This document shows, piece after piece, positions 47,641 to 58,180 of a stretch of DNA of 64,000 nucleotides. The position numbers and the translations under genes were made by a program. The stretch is from Amoebophrya sp. A120 (Eukaryota; Protista; Dinoflagellata). The notes under the pieces were generated by a model, which saw only the letters and a list, made by a program, of their open reading frames with translations, had not been told where the DNA came from and made no database searches. The stretch lies in NCBI GenBank assembly GCA_905178155.1, contig CAJINV010000002.1:5932476-5996475 (forward strand), given 5' to 3'. The first letter of the stretch is position 1, and every line of letters begins with the position of its first letter.

Positions 47641-49558
47641 ATAAGTTGGAGACAAGTTCAAAATTAGTTGGGTCAGGGATTCTTAGTATGGGAAACAGAA
47701 AAAAGTTGGCTTCCAACTTATTTCCAACTTTTTTTTGAATCTGGCGAAGGGAGATTCCTCAAGACCTGGATCCTCTTGAGTTGGCGTGCTTTACTGCATG
47801 CCCCTTCAAGTACGAAATCCCCCATCCGAACCGCTGTCGAGAAGCCTTTCGGCGTGAAGGTCGACCCTATCAATGCCCCGCAAGCTACGCCCCAACACCC
47901 TGAAAGGAAGAGGGGCAGGAAGCGATCACGAATGAAAGCCTTTACACAAAAAGCGCGCATCCGAAAAAATAAACCCAAGCCCCGCTCAATTTCACGGAAA
48001 AATGAAAAGTGCGTCTTTTTGAATTCCTTTTGAAATCATTTTGCATTGTTTTTAGCATAAGGCGCTTTGGAGTTAATCGAAGCCACGAATTTCTCTGGTG
48101 CGTTTTAGACTGTTCTGTAAAATCAAACAAACAGGTTGTTCAAGAAAATCATCTTCTTCACCGAGGCCAGGGCCTTCAGCCAGGCATTGCCATTGGTGGC
48201 AGGCAGGAGCCTCCGTTCTCCTGGTTGTGGGCAGAAAAACCGCGATGAGCGAGAAACCCCGCACTCATGCCCCGCCGGCCCGGCTATGTTCCTTCCAAAA
48301 TCCATGTAGCAAACAGCGCCAAGATGCAAGCATCCCAGAAAATGTCAACACCTCAACCGGTCACCCGCAGCTCCCGGTCAACACCTCAACCGGTATTTGA
48401 GGCCAATCACCCGCAGCTCCCGGTATTTGATGAGGCCAACGCGTCCTCGAGATCCAAAACAGGGAGCGGAACAACAGGAGGGCGAAACCATCTACATCCA
48501 CCAAGCCAGCCCAGCACATGATCGCCTGAAATAGAGGCGCCCGCGCGCTGCACCTTCCGACGCAACCTCCTGACCGACGGCTCCAAAACAGGGGCGACCA
48601 GACCCAGCGCTGCCTGGCCTATAACACCCAAGGCCCACTTGCACCCGACCCGGAATTAGGACCCCCTGACGGAGAGGGGAGAGCTACACGTAGCGGCGCT
48701 TGCTACGTATGACGCCTGTCATTGACAATTCTGGTGCGAAATGGAGATAGCTACGAAAGCCAAACCAGGGCACTGCCGAGGCTAGCATGCCGACCAGGAA
48801 GCCCGTGCCAGAACAAATACGGGCGGAAAAGAACTCCAGAGCCGCTGCCCAAAAATGTGAAAGAAAACCTAACCCAAAGATAGCCCCACCAAAACGCCTT
48901 GCAGTTTGTAGCGAAAGTAGTTTGCCAACCGACACAAAGAAAGCACCCGAGCAATTCCTTCCAGAAGATGAGACACCGGCGGCGCGCCGCCCAATCCAAA
49001 AGCCGCCCAGGCGCCTGGGTTTGTAATCAGAGTCCGAAATTGCCAAGAGAGAAACTTGCTTGGTGCGTCGCTGAAACTCCGGCACACGGCCTCGTCGTGC
49101 CAAAGCTGAAATGCCAAGCCCCCTAGTACCCGGCCACCTCCTAGTCTGACCCCCCGGATACAGAAACCGCGAATTTCTCTGGTGCGTTTTAGACTGTTCT
49201 GTAAAATCAAACAAACAAGTTGTTCAAGAAAATCATCTTCTTCACCGAAATAACAAACATGCGCGCTCGTCTGCTTCACCGAAATAATGAAGAGGCTGAC
49301 ACGTCAAAGTAGGTTGCTCAAGGCGAGTAGCCAGGCGCAATTCGCGATGGGCGAAGAGCTCGCCCGAAGTCCCCATCTTTCCATCTGTGCACGTTGCAGA
49401 AGTTGCGTCTTCCTGCCAACCGCTCAACTTTTCACAAACAGGAAGGGAGGCCAACCCAAATTCGCCAGCAGCCTCAGAGGCCAACTGATTAGAAAAGGGA
49501 CCGGCCCGCTGGCGGCAGGCCGGTGCCTTTCATCGACAACCCCAGACTGCGGCCGGGG

Positions 49559-49697
49559 ATTTCAAACGACAGTCGGGAATTTCAAACGGCTAATCGAGAT
49601 GCCGGCCATTTTCAAACGGTTGATCGAGAATCTGGCCAATTTCAAACGGTTGATCGAGATTCTGGCCAATTTCAAATGGTTGATCGAGATTCGGTCA
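49559..49697. repeat. 30-bp-period tandem repeat (about 4 units plus a partial)
   Basis: Unit aatttcaaacggttgatcgagattctggcc. Confidence 0.9.
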
Positions 49698-50845
49698 AGA
49701 GTTGGTCCAAACTCGGTCCAAATTTGGTCCACATATACGTATCCGTGTCTGGATCAATTTTGGATCAAATTTGGACCAAGTTTCCTCTCCGGCAAAATGG
49801 AGTGGCGAATCAACCAGGACTGCCCGCGAGGGAGCGCATCCAACTCAGAAATAAAGCAGTCCACGCACCAGCGCCAATCAGCCATGTTTTTGGCGTGTCC
49901 CAATCTCCTTACGCCGCCCGCAGCTATTGCGAAGCTTCTGAAAGCTTCGCGAGAAGCGACCACGGCGAATTGCTTCTGTGTCTCGCCAAGTGCGGCACAC
50001 ACCAAGGACCGGCCGAGCCCGCGGACGCGGGCATGTGCTGACATGTCATGTGGAATCCTACACGGCCCCAGTGGGGGCCGCGCATTTACGCAACCCCTAC
50101 CCCTCACATACACTCCAAAAGCCGCCCGGGTGCGCGCCATTTGTGGCGCTTGTGCGTCGAAATGGGTCGATGACGGTAAGAAAGGCGCACACAACGCGCC
50201 GTCAGACTCGGCCACATCGAGAGCTATCTAAAAAAGCGAAGTAGAAAACTGCGCGCTGATGCCTTCCTCTGGGCGCGCGAAATTCGACTTGAATCGGCCA
50301 CGCGCGCTCCGTGATTTATTTCTGCCGGGCGGCGGCAAAGCCTGAAGTTCCAAACTTTTGAAATTGATTTGAATTGCGTTGCATTTACTTTTAACGCCGC
50401 CTGCTTCTGAGTTAATAAAATCAAACAAACAAGTTGTTCAAGAAAATCATCTTCTTCAAACAGGAGCGAAATTTCATCGAATCTAGGATTTTTTTTATCG
50501 GAACTACAGGTAAAGGGTCGCTGGGAGCTACAATCTCAATTGGCTAAAGATATCGCATCTTGCTGGAAATCTTCTCAAAACTAGCTCACAACCATCAGAT
50601 CAAAGATACAACACCTCCCATAAACTCGCGATCTCCTGCGGCTGCGCTTTCGAGAGAAAGTAGGTGTACTCACTCTTATCTCATGGTGAACGTTTTGTCG
50701 TGTGATCCCCGTCGTCATCAAGGTCAAAACTTCAACAATCCGTTTAGTTGTAGAACTAGGATTTGGCTTAGGCTTTTGTTCTCAACGAGTTCTTCGTCTG
50801 TGGTAAACTACTTATTCTCTTTTTCTGTCCCATCATAATTCTTCA

Positions 50846-51337
50846 TCAGAAGAAAGCCGCCACTTTCTTCTTGGTTTGCTCATCCATTTTCGATGATGAA
50901 TTTGAGCCACACACTAGCTCGTCTTCTGCCGTATGATCTTCCGTTCGGCTGGTGTCGTTTTCCTCCATCGCGGCAGCTTTGTTCACAGTCGTGGTCAGAG
51001 TCAGTTTTACTCGTTTCTCGTTCTTCGGGAGGGCGAAATTTGGGTTGCTGTTCCGGACGATTTTTTTCTCACCGTCTAGTTGTACCCCGTCCTGCTCGTT
51101 GTCGGAGTTCGCGTCCTGGAAGTCTTCGTTGTGGTCGTCATCTCCACCTTCACCCCTGTTTTCCGAACCGGAAGACTTCATGTACGAGTACACCGCCGCG
51201 GCACCTGCACCCACGGCCAAAACCGGGGCGGCAGAAAGCATCGCTGATCCGCCGACCACCGCAGCAGCACCACTGGCGACCGCGGAAGCGCAACCCGGTG
51301 CGCACATGCCGGCGGCGACTGGAATTAAAGCGGCCAT
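50846..51337 (-). CDS. Small hypothetical protein with an Ala-rich hydrophobic N-terminus and an acidic middle
   Basis: Single ORF from ATG 51337 (MAALIPVAAG...), co-oriented with its neighbours. Confidence 0.5.
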   Translation of the reverse strand: MAALIPVAAGMCAPGCASAVASGAAAVVGGSAMLSAAPVLAVGAGAAAVYSYMKSSGSENRGEGGDDDHNEDFQDANSDNEQDGVQLDGEKKIVRNSNPNFALPKNEKRVKLTLTTTVNKAAAMEENDTSRTEDHTAEDELVCGSNSSSKMDEQTKKKVAAFF

Positions 51338-51806
51338 GGTGATGAAGATGGGGATCGATAGAGAAAGTTTAATATTGAAGTTTTCTTGCAATTACAACGA
51401 GGCAAGGTTTATTTTGTTGTTCTCTTACGACAGTCACAGTTAGGGTTCCTACATCTCGTTCTCGTGCTTGACATTGTCATGATTTTGAGAGCAAAAAAGG
51501 AAATATCCATGGTCGATTTTGTTGGACTGAAAGCGATGTAAGCGAGTGTTGTTTCAAGAACTTGTGAAGAAAGATGCGTTTGTTCTATCTGGGCTACTCA
51601 CACTCTCTCTCGCGACAAACGAATTCTGTTTTATACGAGAAAAGCTTTGCGAGTCATAAGATTTCTAAGGAACAGGAGACTCATACGCGAACGAGTCACC
51701 GCATGTGGCGGTAGCCTCTATTGGTGGCGTAGATCGCACCACTCGAGTGTTCATTTGAACGTCTCGTTACTATGTCTTTGGCCGGTTATGCCGTGCTACC
51801 AGTTTC

Positions 51807-54518
51807 TTACTTGCAAAACACTTGGCCCTTTTGTTCGAGTCTGGTACATTCAAGTAGAACCTGGCCACCGGTACTAGGATTTGGTGCTCCCGTTTGCTGG
51901 CTTTCGTCGCTTTTCAAAAAAGGACTGTTCGCTCCTGAGTCGTGCGGATCTACATCCTGATTTGCCTCATTGACTGCGCTAGCGTTACTGGCAAAGTCTA
52001 TTCTTATTGCAGCCTGACGAAGTTGCGGTTCCTCTCCAATCTCCCTCCCCGTCTCCGTGCGACTGCTTTGCGGCGCAGTTGTGGGAGCCTGCTCTACTGC
52101 ATTGGTTATCGCGTAATTATCGGCTCCTCCTGTCGGACTAGTAGCTTTCGCGCTTGCGGTCGGGGAAGATGTTCTCGGCGCCAACTCCACCTTCTCACCG
52201 TCCACATCGAGACAAGTAATTTTCCGCAAATTGTGTCCACAACACAGAGAGGTGCAAGCGTTTTTCCCGTTGAGTCCAGTGTTGCAGTTCACGCGCAAGC
52301 CCGAACAACGAAACAAGCGGAACGTTGCTGGCTTACTTTCCGTAACTTCATTTCTCGAGGGTAGCAGCTCCAGAATCGTCCCCTGTTCCAGCGAGAGCAG
52401 CACTTGCGCCAGCTTCACTCGGCCAATGTCCCCACTGCAGAACAACAGCCACAGAAACCCGTCGTCGCATTTCGCGGCCGGACAGGGCGCCTCTATCTCG
52501 CTGCACAACGGAAGTGACGTCGCCCACAGCATGGTGAAATGGGTTTGCGAGATTTTCTTCCAGGGAGGTAAAACGTTTGGCGAGGCGGTCGGTGGTTGTG
52601 TCGATGCATTTGTTGGAAGCCAAACGATCTTTGTCCTCTCCAACACGCCCTGGAATCGTTTCTCCGCGGCGGTACAGGGAGCTACGTTCTCTTTGAAGAC
52701 CTATAGATTGCGATATGGATTTTTCGTGTGCTGTATACACAATACATCAAGAATGAGTGGAGGAGCAGCCACTCCTGGTGAAGGTGATGCTTGGCCCCCA
52801 AGAACCACCTCAGAAGCGTATGCGAACAAAATCATACCTCATCCCCCTGATATTCCACTTCCGCCGTGTAGACCCGGTATTTGATCAAATTTCTGACCGC
52901 GTACAGAGTAAACCGGAGCGAACCGATGCACCGGAGCCACTCGCTCTCCAGATCCAAGTCTGCCAGAATGCCGATCGTCAAGTGAAGGAAGAACGGCCGG
53001 GGGGGTGGTGTTGTAGATGTAGTCCTGCTTGCGGGGGAGCTCTTACTTTTGTCAAACATGGAAAGTTTCCACAAGTCTAAATCTCTTTTCCTGTTTTTCA
53101 CAAGTGCCAAAGCCGCGGATTCGACCGACAGTGGTTCCTTGGATAGGGCCAGCAGCGTGGAGACCAGGGCATTCCCGCTCCCCGCCGGAATGTGCGCGAT
53201 CGGGGTGGCGAGGGGACTGTTGTGTATCAGCTTTTCATTTTCTCGACCATACGAGGAGTCATTGGCATCACGGTCATTTTGCAACTGACAATCGTACAAG
53301 CCCTGGTAGATTTCGTGCACCAATCCGTCACCGGACAGAACAGCGATCGCGTCGTAGGAAGCATGTTTATCTCGACTTGTGGGGTCGTTTCTTGACGCGA
53401 CGGCGCCAAATTTCTGACCTACGTATCCGTGGGAAAAATCACTTCTAGTACCAGCATGAGCTTTATTATCAATGTGCACACGTCCCAGCAATAAAGCCAC
53501 GACAAGCAGCACCGCAATCAGACAGGACATGCCTCAATGTTGAAATAAAGTCAACTTCACAACAATGTGATGCTCGGGATGCTGGTAGGAAGTGCACAAT
53601 CTCCCACATCGATACCACAAATTCCCTTGCGTGTCCCGCGTACTGGGTCGGCACAAAATCAACATCAAGCTGAAACTTCTGCTCCAGCAAGGGTTTGAGC
53701 TTCCGCTCCCACAGCTTCAAACTTTTCCCGGAACCGGATTTTGGATTCAAAAAAAACAAAATCTTTCTCGTCGACGTTTTGCTTCTTGGTGCAGCTGTGT
53801 CGACCCCAGTTGATAGAGAAATAGACCCCGAACAAGAAAGTAGCGCCCACGTGTTGATCCTATCCACTACCTCTTTCGGATCCGCGGGTGGCTCGACGGC
53901 GAAGAGAAGCTGCTGTTGATCTTTGGTTGTACCCGGGGCACCAGCGGCTTGTTGCTGCTGAAGCCCCCGGTGGACTTGCTGCGGAAAGAAGGGTTTCGGG
54001 ACCCCCACGTCGCTTTCCTTCGGCACGCAGGGCAGGCAGCAGCAGCTTTCGCTGTCGAGAAAATGGGGCTGGCGGAGCAAAGGATAGTGGTGGAGGAAGA
54101 CTAAGAAATTCTGTTTATTCGCCGGATCGACAACCGCCGCCGCTCCGTAGACATCCTCCTGGGCAAACACCAGCTTCCCTTTCCCGTCTGCCAAAGTGAG
54201 AACCAGCAAGGAAGAGCAAGTGGCTGGGTCTGTATTTTCGTCCTCGGTGTCTTTCTTGTTTTCATCAGCTCCGACGAGACGGATCTCGTGCTGGTCTTCG
54301 TTCAATTGCGCTAATTCTCTTGAAGTAGAATTATTGCCCCCAAAAGAACTTCTCAGTCTTCGCCTCTGCTCCTCGCGGGTCGTGGGTACAAACTCGATGC
54401 TTCCGATCACTCTTCGATTTGGAGAAGAGGCTGTAGTTGGTGCACCAGATGACCCTTTATCGGTATTCGCAGCCGGAGCAGTGCTGCTCGACGAGGAGGA
54501 GGAAGCGACGCCGGTCAT
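51807..54518 (-). CDS. SPHK: Sphingosine kinase (DAGK catalytic-domain family), 3 exons
   Basis: Motifs FFLNPKSGSG, TQYAGHA, SGDGLVHEIYQGL, IPAGSGNAL, ADLDLESEWLRCIGSLRF and DVDGE. GT-AG introns at ~53417-53615 and 52701-52837. Confidence 0.88.
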
Positions 54519-55203
54519 GATAAAGCAACAAAGTGAAGCTGGAACAAGAGGGTAAGGCTACATTCCACAACGAGGATTTTTGTGCGCAAGAAGAACAAAC
54601 ATCAACACAACTTCTACTTCTTGACGATAGTTATACGAATTAAGTACTAGAATCACGATCACCAGCGGCGTTGCATGAAAAAAAGTGCAGAATCACGATA
54701 AAAATGGACTCAAACTCAGTGCCTCCCTCGTCGGACAAAAAACATCAGAATCATGATGGCCATGACGATCGTAAATTATTATATTGACCGGTCGAACAGT
54801 GTATTTCTGATTGTTGCTCCGCGACGGGGTCAAGGTCGTGCGTCGCGACGTTGAGCTCTACAGTGTGTTAATTTCCAGTTTAATTGTTCGTTTCTGAAAT
54901 GAGATAGAGATGGCGTCGAACTGAGGGGACAACTGTCACAATTGATATTCTTGTCACCAGCGCCGTTGTCTCTCGTCTCGCATGTAGATGAGTCCGTCGA
55001 GCTGTTGGCAGTATTGCCTTTTTACACAAAAATGCATTTTGAAAAGGAAAAACCAAAACGCAAAAAAAAAGCGAAACGCGAGAATAATGCATCGCTTGAT
55101 GAAGGATACCCAGCTACTTGAAACGGTTCGTAGTGCATTCCTCATTTTTTTGGAAACGTCTTGTCATCTATCAGCAATATAGAAATCTGAAGCTGGCAAC
55201 ACT

Positions 55204-57545
55204 TCAGCGATGTCGCTTCCAGAAATCCTGCATAAAATCGCGGACAATTTGCACGGTTTCTAGCGTTTGTGCGTTGTAGGTCGTCACACGATATCCTGCG
55301 CAAAAGTATCGCGCTCGCAGTAATTGCGCTTATGCATTACAAAAACAAATCTCTTTCTCAAGGTAGATCAGCATTACAAATTCAATTTGTAATGGTGAGC
55401 TAATTTGTAATGCAATTTATACGTAGTACGATACATTTGCATTGCATACGCGAATTGCGTCGCTGTCGATCCCCAGCGGGTGGGAGCGGATGTCCAGCCA
55501 GCCCAGGTCCTCCGAGGTTTCCTGCAAAAATTTTGCAACCAATTCGGGGCTATCCTGTGCAAAAGTGTCGCACTCGTATTGCAATCATGCATTACAAATC
55601 TTTTTCTTCAGGCAAATCCCCATTACAGATTTTATTTCTCATGCTGAGGAAATTTGTAATGCATTTATATATACGAGTACGATACTTGTGCAGTTCATAG
55701 GGGTTTCGCCCGGTCTGCCCGTCGCCGATGGTAAAGACAATGTTCATGCGGGACCGGAATTTCGGGTCCGTCACGAAGGTGCTGTAAAATTGCTCGCACT
55801 CGTTGTCGATGAAATTGTACAAGACGTTGGCCCGCGTTTTCGCGAGCTCGTCGAAAAATTGGAGTCCCCCCTGCTCCAACATCCAGTTCGTCGTCAACTT
55901 GCCCAGCCAAATCGCGAAAATGACCGGCACGTTGTAGATTTTGTTGTCTGCGGTCTGAAACTTCCACCAGTTGCACATGGTCGGGGTTCCTGGTAACACA
56001 GCATTTTCCTCCAGCAAGGCCTTTCGGATAATGGTGTAGCACACGCCGCTGGTCGAGAAGTTTTTGTGCGCCGCGGCGTAGAGCACGCCGTACTTGGAGA
56101 CGTCGATTGGCTTCGACCCTAGATTCGCACTCGCGTCGCAGGCGAGAATCTGGTCCTTCGGGACAATTTCGTAGGGGAAATCGTGAAACTCAAACCCCTG
56201 GCGCGTGTCCGCCGCGGTGTAGTGTGTGTAAACTGCTTTTCTTGAAGATGTTGGGGTTTTCTTGTTTATTTCTTCATCTTGTGTAGTAGTTTTCAGAAAC
56301 TTCCAGTCTCTCTCGTAGTCGTTTGATAAGCTGAAGTATGAACTGCAAAAGTATCGTATTCGTATAAATGCATTACAAATTTCCTGAGCATGAGAAATAA
56401 AATTTGTAATGCAAATTTACCTTAACAAAAGGATTTGTAATGCATGATTGCAATACGAGTGCGATACTTTTGCACAGGATATGAAGAAGAGATTCTTCTG
56501 CAGCGGACAATCCGTCACTTCATTCACCTCCAGGTTTATCCTGAGTAAAAACGTACCCACGCCAGAGTTGTAATGCAGCTTTGCAAAGACAGGAAGACTT
56601 GTAATGCGCATCCCCATCAGAGCCATTTCCAATTGTGTTTTGGAATTTGTGATGCTGTGAACAGGATGAGCAGATGAATCTGTGATGCGGCTGCACTTGC
56701 TAACCTGCACTACACTGCATAGTGCAACTTGTCATGCGTGACCCACAAAACTCCTAGGTTTGTGTTGCAAAATCCCCATCCTGACTCTGGTGTGGGTACG
56801 TTTTTACTCAGGATAAGGTTCGGCAACAGTTCTTGGAACAACTTGGCCTCGTTGCGCGACTTCTCCGACCAGTGCCCGTTCATGATGTAGTTGCAGGCGA
56901 GTATCGTATTTAAAAACGTCCCCACCCCAGAGTTGTCATGCAGATTTGCAAGCACAAGAGCATTTGTAATGCGCATCCCCAAGAGAGGCATTCCCCGTCG
57001 TGTTTTGGAACTTGTAATGCTGTAAACAGGATGAGGAGACGTATTTGTTCTGCGGCTTCCCTTGCTAAGCTGCACTACAGTACAGCCTGCAACTTGTCAT
57101 GCGTGACTCACAAAACTCCTAGGTTTGTGTTGCAAAATCCCCATCCTGACTCTGGTGTGGGGGCGTTTTTACTCAGGATAGCGAGCTTTTGCGACTTCCC
57201 CCCGTCGTGTTTCACGGCCCGACCCAGCAGATTCATCGGGATCGCCGCGAATTGCAGCGTCGCTCCGCCGTTGAAAAAGTGCACTTCGTGGGTCTCGGTC
57301 GGGATGTTCAGCAACTTGCGGAAACTGGCCTCCGCCTCCTCCATCTCGACGTGAAAATTTCGGGTCCGGTAGCCCATTTCCGTGACCGACAGCCCCAAAT
57401 CCCGCGTGTCGAGGAAGTTCTTCTGCGCCTGCTTCAAAACCGGCAGGGGTAAAACCGCACAGCCCGCGGACAGGTTGATGGCACGCCCGTAGTTCTGGGC
57501 CAGATTAGCCGCGCGGCGTTCGGCGGCGACAGCTAGACGATTCAT
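55204..57545 (-). CDS. PSAT1: Phosphoserine aminotransferase (SerC/PSAT), interrupted by five introners
   Basis: Motifs NLSAGCAVLP, LSVTEMGYR, GGATLQFAAIPMNL, GHWSEKS, DASANLGSKPIDVSKYGVLYAAAHKN (PLP lysine), RSRMNIVF and IRVTTYNA. Frame restored at the junctions translated, and all five elements have 4/5 or 5/5 TSDs. Confidence 0.93.
55292..55448. mobile_element. Introner family B
   Basis: TSD cacga/cgcga. Removal gives DAIRVTTYN. Confidence 0.88.
55551..55699. mobile_element. Introner family B
   Basis: TSD ggggc/ggggt. Removal gives GRNPELVAKF. Confidence 0.9.
56337..56481. mobile_element. Introner family B, opposite orientation to 55551-55699
   Basis: tatgaactgcaaaagtatcg...cgatacttttgcacaggata, perfect TSD tgaag. 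Confidence 0.92.
56537..56815. mobile_element. Introner family C
   Basis: tatcctgagtaaaaacgtacccac...gtgggtacgtttttactcaggata, perfect TSD aggtt. Confidence 0.93.
56902..57180. mobile_element. Introner family C
   Basis: Same 279-bp length as, and close similarity to, 56537-56815. Perfect TSD gcgag. Confidence 0.92.
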
Positions 57546-58180
57546 TTTGGGTAGTGGACAGTGCAAGTGCTGTCGAAAGAAGGGAAAGAAAAGGTGTTCG
57601 ACTTTGATGTTTGCGTTTGATGCCTAAAGGTAGCTTATATCAGAATTGTGACGGTAGAGTTGACTTGGTACTCAACTCACCCTCGCAGAGGAGGAAGGCC
57701 TGTGTTTTTTGTTTCTTTGGCCCCGTTGAAGAAAAGAGTAGGATAAAGTAGCTCGTCCCTGTTTCTCTCCCTTGTTACACTGTTGCATGATCTACTGGCC
57801 TTCCTCTCGAGATCTCCCTCATCTCTCGTAGAAGGAAAAGCGCGCCGGAGCGCTCATTGTGCAGTTCCAATGCTTGAACTTGGCGGCCATCTTGAATGCT
57901 AACGAAGTTTCAGCGTTCTTTGTCGCGTGCCCAGAGATAGAGGTGCATCATTTTACTCGGAGTGCCTTTACCTTTTCGATTAAAAACTAAACTTTTAGAA
58001 CATCAGCTTCAACACGATAACGCGCACCAAAAAATCGGACCAAGATCAAATGCAGACATACCATTGCGCTCTCCAAACGTCGAAACATGCACAAAAACAA
58101 ATAAAAACGCCGGGCTTTAATCTCAATCTCAAACGTTCTACCCTGGAGCATTAATTCACCATCACCATTCAGCATTTCCA

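Larger units (their letters stand above)
45017..50457. repeat. Array of six ~75-80-bp direct repeats separated by five distinct 0.8-1.2-kb spacers
   Basis: Consensus gaaaccacgaatttctctggtgcgttttaga(ctg)ttctgtaaaatcaaacaaacaRgttgttcaagaaaatcatcttcttc at 45017-45096, 46076-46151, 47176-47252, 48077-48159, 49163-49243 and a 5'-truncated copy at 50416-50457. Confidence 0.92.

Noticed and set aside
49287-50231. 314-aa plus-strand ORF as an array-associated enzyme
   Set aside because: It runs through the 30-bp tandem repeat and GC-rich DNA, has no recognisable recombinase, transposase or RT motif, and is opposite to all other genes.
45017-50457. Bona fide CRISPR array
   Set aside because: Repeats of ~78 bp and spacers of ~1 kb are far outside CRISPR sizes, no cas genes are present, and the context is eukaryotic. 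Kept only as an analogy.
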